Of a stretch of 64,000 nucleotides of DNA, positions 59,931 through 64,000 are shown piece by piece; the first letter of the stretch is position 1; every line of letters starts with the position of its first letter. The translations under genes were made by a program, and so were the position numbers. The notes beneath the pieces were generated by a model. That model saw only the letters and a program-made list of their open reading frames with translations. It did no database searches and was not told the origin of the DNA. This DNA comes from Azolla caroliniana (Eukaryota > Plantae > Polypodiophyta), in the NCBI GenBank assembly GCA_043228905.1, contig JBHGNT010000005.1, positions 8,804,001-8,868,000 on the forward strand, given 5' to 3'.

Positions 59931-60988
59931 TTGCAATGGGTGCATAAAGCACTTGATCGACTATTCCTTGACTTCGACTACTGTCGATTATCGATCCTCC
60001 TTTCTTGATTGATTGGTTCTTCGGTCGGTTCTTCCAGCTTGTTTGGTCGAGTAGTGAGCTTCTGCCAAGTCATCGATGGTGAGTCCCATTGATTTTCGCC
60101 AAATGTCCTTTGTGAGAATTTGGTTGATCGTTCCGTCCAAGTTCAGATTTGGGCAATTGTTGGCGAATGTCGTGCATAATACCTCCCAAGTCGCCGGCAA
60201 GCTCGAAATTAAGGCAAGGGCTTTCACTTCTTCTTCGAAGTTAATCCCTTGGGAGGAGAGTTCGGATAACACCCGGCTGAAGGTGTTGATGTGGGAGGTC
60301 GTTGGATCCGTCTCTCTCATCTTCATATTGAACAACTGTCGGATCAATACAAGCTTTGATGAGGAGGATTGCTTCTCATAAATGGCCTGAAGCTTCTCCC
60401 ACAGGGTAAATGTCGTCGTCTCTTTGGCCATACTGAAGTAGTCGTTCTTGGCCAGATGCATTTGAATGGTCAACTTGGCTATTTCGTCTAGTGAACGCCA
60501 TTTGTCAGTTGTCATCGAGGCTACTTTGTTATTGTGTTGTATTGTCTCGATTTGACGTCGGATGATTTGTACATCCTGCATCATCTCTGTTACAGGCATG
60601 ACCATATAATATCCCGTGGTAAGAAGGGTGGTCGGGTGGATCGACACCCTTTTTTCTCTCTCTCCTCTCTTATCTATTTCTCTATTATATCCTTATCATA
60701 TGCTTACATTACTAGCTAACTCTAACAATCTCCTTCTATAGGGAAAAGTTCTTCTCATCGAACTTTCGGATTTCTACTCCAGTGCCGGATGTAGAGGCCA
60801 CGTTCTTTGGGAAGTGAGATTTGCTAACCTGGGCTTTTCCTTCAGTCATTTCTTCTCTTCTCATGTTTGTGTTGTTGTTGCCGTCAGACTGCAAGTCGCT
60901 CTGATACCACTTGATGGAAATAATATGTAGAGATGTTGATGCGGAAGATGATTGAGAACTTGTCAATTAGTTCCGCAAACAACGTAAG

Positions 60989-61533
60989 TGTCACGAACAC
61001 ACCCAGGGCGGACTAGGACAGAACACGGATGACGGGGCTACGAGCGACGGGCTATGAACTTAGCGCTAGAAGTGATGAGGCTAGAAACTTGGGAAGTTGG
61101 GAGCGACAAAGCGAGGAACTTAAGACGTTGGGAATGACACAAGAGAATGAAGACAAAGATAAAGATCAATGAGACAAGACGATGTGAAACGAGAATACTA
61201 GATTGATGTGTTAATGACTTGTGTTAAATACCTTGAAAGGGACCAGGGAGGTTACCAATATTTATACAAGTTCTTAGATTGAATATCTCTAGAATATACT
61301 TGAGAAATATCTCTAGAATATACCCAACAAATTATCTCTAGAATATACCCGTCTAGAATACACCATAGAATATTTCTATCTAATATGGCTCTAGAATATG
61401 CTAGAATAACAATACTAAACTTTTATACACAAGTACATGCTCATATCAAAATGATTAGGCATGATGTCTTGTAGATGTGAGATTAGTTAGGTTCAATCCT
61501 CAACTATATATTTGATGTCAATGTGTTATGATA
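60989..61533 (-). mobile_element. Solo LTR (TATCA...TGACA in element orientation) nested in a Copia LTR
   Basis: Perfect TSD GTAAG (60984-60988 / 61534-61538). Homologous to 539-966. Confidence 0.85.
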
Positions 61534-62343
61534 GTAAGTGTATATATGCACTATTACACACACACGCACACACAGAGGAAGAGTGTGCTAAAAAAAAGAC
61601 GATGTTACATTAACCTTCAAACTCTAGAAGTACATTTTTTACAATGTTAGGGTGAGCTTATATACTCGATCCCTAGCTCAAGGGCGTGTTCACACTTAGG
61701 ATACAAGTTGGAAGGAGTCATCCTTTTATGCCAACACGAAGTACACTATCACTTCATCCGAGAGTGTGCTCAGGCTAGAGATCGACCTACAGCACATCAT
61801 CACGAACCTTCAGGTAGCCGACATCTTCACAAAAGTCGCAGGAGTCGACAAGCTTAGGCGATTCATGTCAGATATTGGCCTAACAATACCCACATTGTCG
61901 AGCTTGAGGGGGAGTACAACACCACCAACAAGTACAATGTAGCAATCGATCAATCGATCGAGGCCGACCAAGGGGAGTCGAAGCATGAAGCCAAACAAGC
62001 CAGGCTAATCGAACAAGGAGGAGAACATTCAAAGCCGATTCGACCGACCATCCGGACACAGAACCGAGGAATCGAGAAAGCTTAAATGAACCAAACAACA
62101 AGACAACTTTCCAATGACTGGAAGTTGTGTTTGAAGGGGCATGTTGAGAATCAAACCCAACTTCCCCAAATGCAATGGTTTTCACACTAGCAACAAACAC
62201 TCTAGGTTCAAGCAAGTTTTGTAAATAGTAGAAAGGGTAGTTGCCCTAAGTTAGTTGGTATTTAATCCAACCCTTTTTGTAACCAAGTTACTGTGGATGT
62301 ATTTCATATTTTTCTAATATGGCTTCTTGTTCTCTCTCTCTCT

Positions 62344-62394
<51 letters not shown>

Positions 62395-64000
62395 TTGTCT
62401 TACACACACACAGAGTTCCTTCCGTTGCACAAGATCATCTACACTCTTCATTTCTTTACAGCTTTTAAAAAGAGAAGTCAAATTCCATTCATTTGATGGT
62501 AAATATAGGCCATGGGTTTTTAGCATATTTCCACATCTCCCTTAGCGGTTCTATTAATCTATACTCAATAACTTCATATATCCATGGCATCACTTGAAAG
62601 CTCTAAGGTATCTTCCACATCCCATCTTTTGAACCATTTTTTTATTTCAATTACCCAATTAAATGAGATAATTTTTCTCCTTCTTATTCTTTTGGAGTTT
62701 ACATCAAACATTCCAAACAAGATATGGTAATCTATCATTTGGCATATTCTTGACTCTGGATAATTGCCATCTCATTTTAAATGGTTTTCATCGAACTTTG
62801 AGAAGATACTCTCACATTAGGTACACTCTCTCACCCTCACAGGTGATCGGGATTGAATATATTGATGTCTTGTCTAAGAAGAACAAAAGCATGGCAAGGC
62901 CTTGCCAAAGATACTATACTCAAAATGAGAGATCCTCTAATAGTAGACATGGTATCACACCTGTGGTTGTGGGATTTAAAAACTTCATTCCACATGCCAT
63001 CAAATCAAGGATGGTTCACCAAAGTAGGCTTATACATCAATGCACATTAGTTGACGTTGGATCCATTATTTTGGACTAATTACTAGATGGGAAACAACTC
63101 AAGCTTGATGAAGTTACCATGTGCCCGAGTTGATGAAAGTAGTTCAAATAGGATTAATAGAAATGAACCCAACTACATGAAAATGAATTTCTATCACGAA
63201 CAAGAGGAAATTGTCAACTAGGCCATATTTTGAGGACCATAATTAAAGTTTTGGAGGATCTCGTTATCATGCAAGGTTTATTGTACACCAATCTAGAATT
63301 TTTGTGACCATTGCATGCTCAAGAGAGCTAATGGATATCCACGATGTCCATGTAGGAGGTGGGAGGAAACCACTTATGTTTTTGGGTCGATGCCCATGTG
63401 CTCACTTAGTGGAAGAAGCGGGATGAGATATTGGAGAAGTTCAAGATATGGTTGGTCACTTTGGGAGGCAAAGATGGGTCGAATGAAAGCTCTATATGCA
63501 TTCAATATTTTTTATAAAGGATGAGGAATCCAATGAGAGTTTATAGCCCCTTACACTCCAATGAAAAATGTTGTTGTCAAATAAATGAATCGAAAAATCA
63601 AGGATCAAATTGTGTAAGGACTGTAACATGTGAATCTCAACTTGGAGTTCTAAGTGGAAATCTTGTTGGTTTTCTATGGAATGATAAACCTCTCCCTGTG
63701 CAAATAAAAAGCTTGATGGAACACAAGAGCTTTGGATCGAAAATGTGTGACAACAATTGTTATCTCCTAGGTTCTAAGGGAGGTCTCTGACAATGTTGGT
63801 CGACTCCAATCAACAATGAAGGGAACCATTCTTGACCAATAACGAATAGGGAGTTGGCATGCAATTTATTAATATCACCTCAAAAAGTAAATGATTATCC
63901 TCAAGTGATTCCAAAACGTCCCATAATGGGGTCCTTACACATAACTTAAAAATAATATTTTATTTGTTTATAATTATATCATATTCTTGGATTTTTACAT

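Larger units (their letters stand above)
58299..61645 (-). mobile_element. Degenerate Copia 5' half (LTR from ~60912, PBS 60899-60910, gag, protease, start of integrase)
   Basis: PBS tggtatcagagc. Gag EIRKFDEKNF and LWEKLQAIYEK; WLLDSGATFHV; HTDICGPM...YFITFIDD. The outer LTR boundary is uncertain. Confidence 0.75.
49595..62460 (+). mobile_element. Heavily deleted Copia element (LTRs 49595-49872 and 62142-62460) enclosing ~11 kb of nested elements
   Basis: Matching LTRs tgttgagaatcaaaccc...ctttaca. PBS tggtatcagagc at 49873. TSD GTTTT/GCTTT. RT start at 50290-50565 (EPSSYDE, WELV, KYKARL) and RNase H end at ~61720-61900 (QVADIFTK). Confidence 0.8.

Noticed and set aside
50566-61645. One Copia element spanning the 3' fragment (50566-51612) and the 5' half (58299-61645)
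   Set aside because: The two candidate LTRs show no evident similarity, so they are listed separately.
62750-63790. Host protein-coding gene
   Set aside because: Short ORFs with no recognisable motif or consistent splice structure.

Overview
Eukaryotic, repeat-dense plant genomic DNA. A non-seed land plant (bryophyte, lycophyte or fern) is inferred from the retrotransposon types, not proven. No recognisable host gene is present. About 50 kb (14-64 kb) is a pile of nested Ty1/Copia and Ty3/Gypsy LTR retrotransposons, solo LTRs and a LINE remnant. The standout is a 12,379-bp cut-and-paste DNA transposon at 1306-13684, with 25-bp TIRs (GGG...CCC), an ATAT TSD and its empty site visible in a paralogous repeat at 1-538. 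It encodes an apparently intact, spliced 863-aa Sola2-type DDD transposase and two convergent cargo units: a 5-exon 574-aa coiled-coil/RING-H2 protein and an FCP1/NIF-like phosphatase-fold protein with one in-frame stop. Its two large introns are almost entirely filled by ~20-bp-period arrays of the palindrome TAGCTAATTAGCTA, which also sits next to both TIRs. A third intron is packed with telo-boxes, and an ~83-bp tandem array lies upstream of the transposase. This layout resembles the anti-silencing logic of VANDAL/VANC elements, but that link is a hypothesis. All family and domain assignments are by eye from motifs; no database searches were run.
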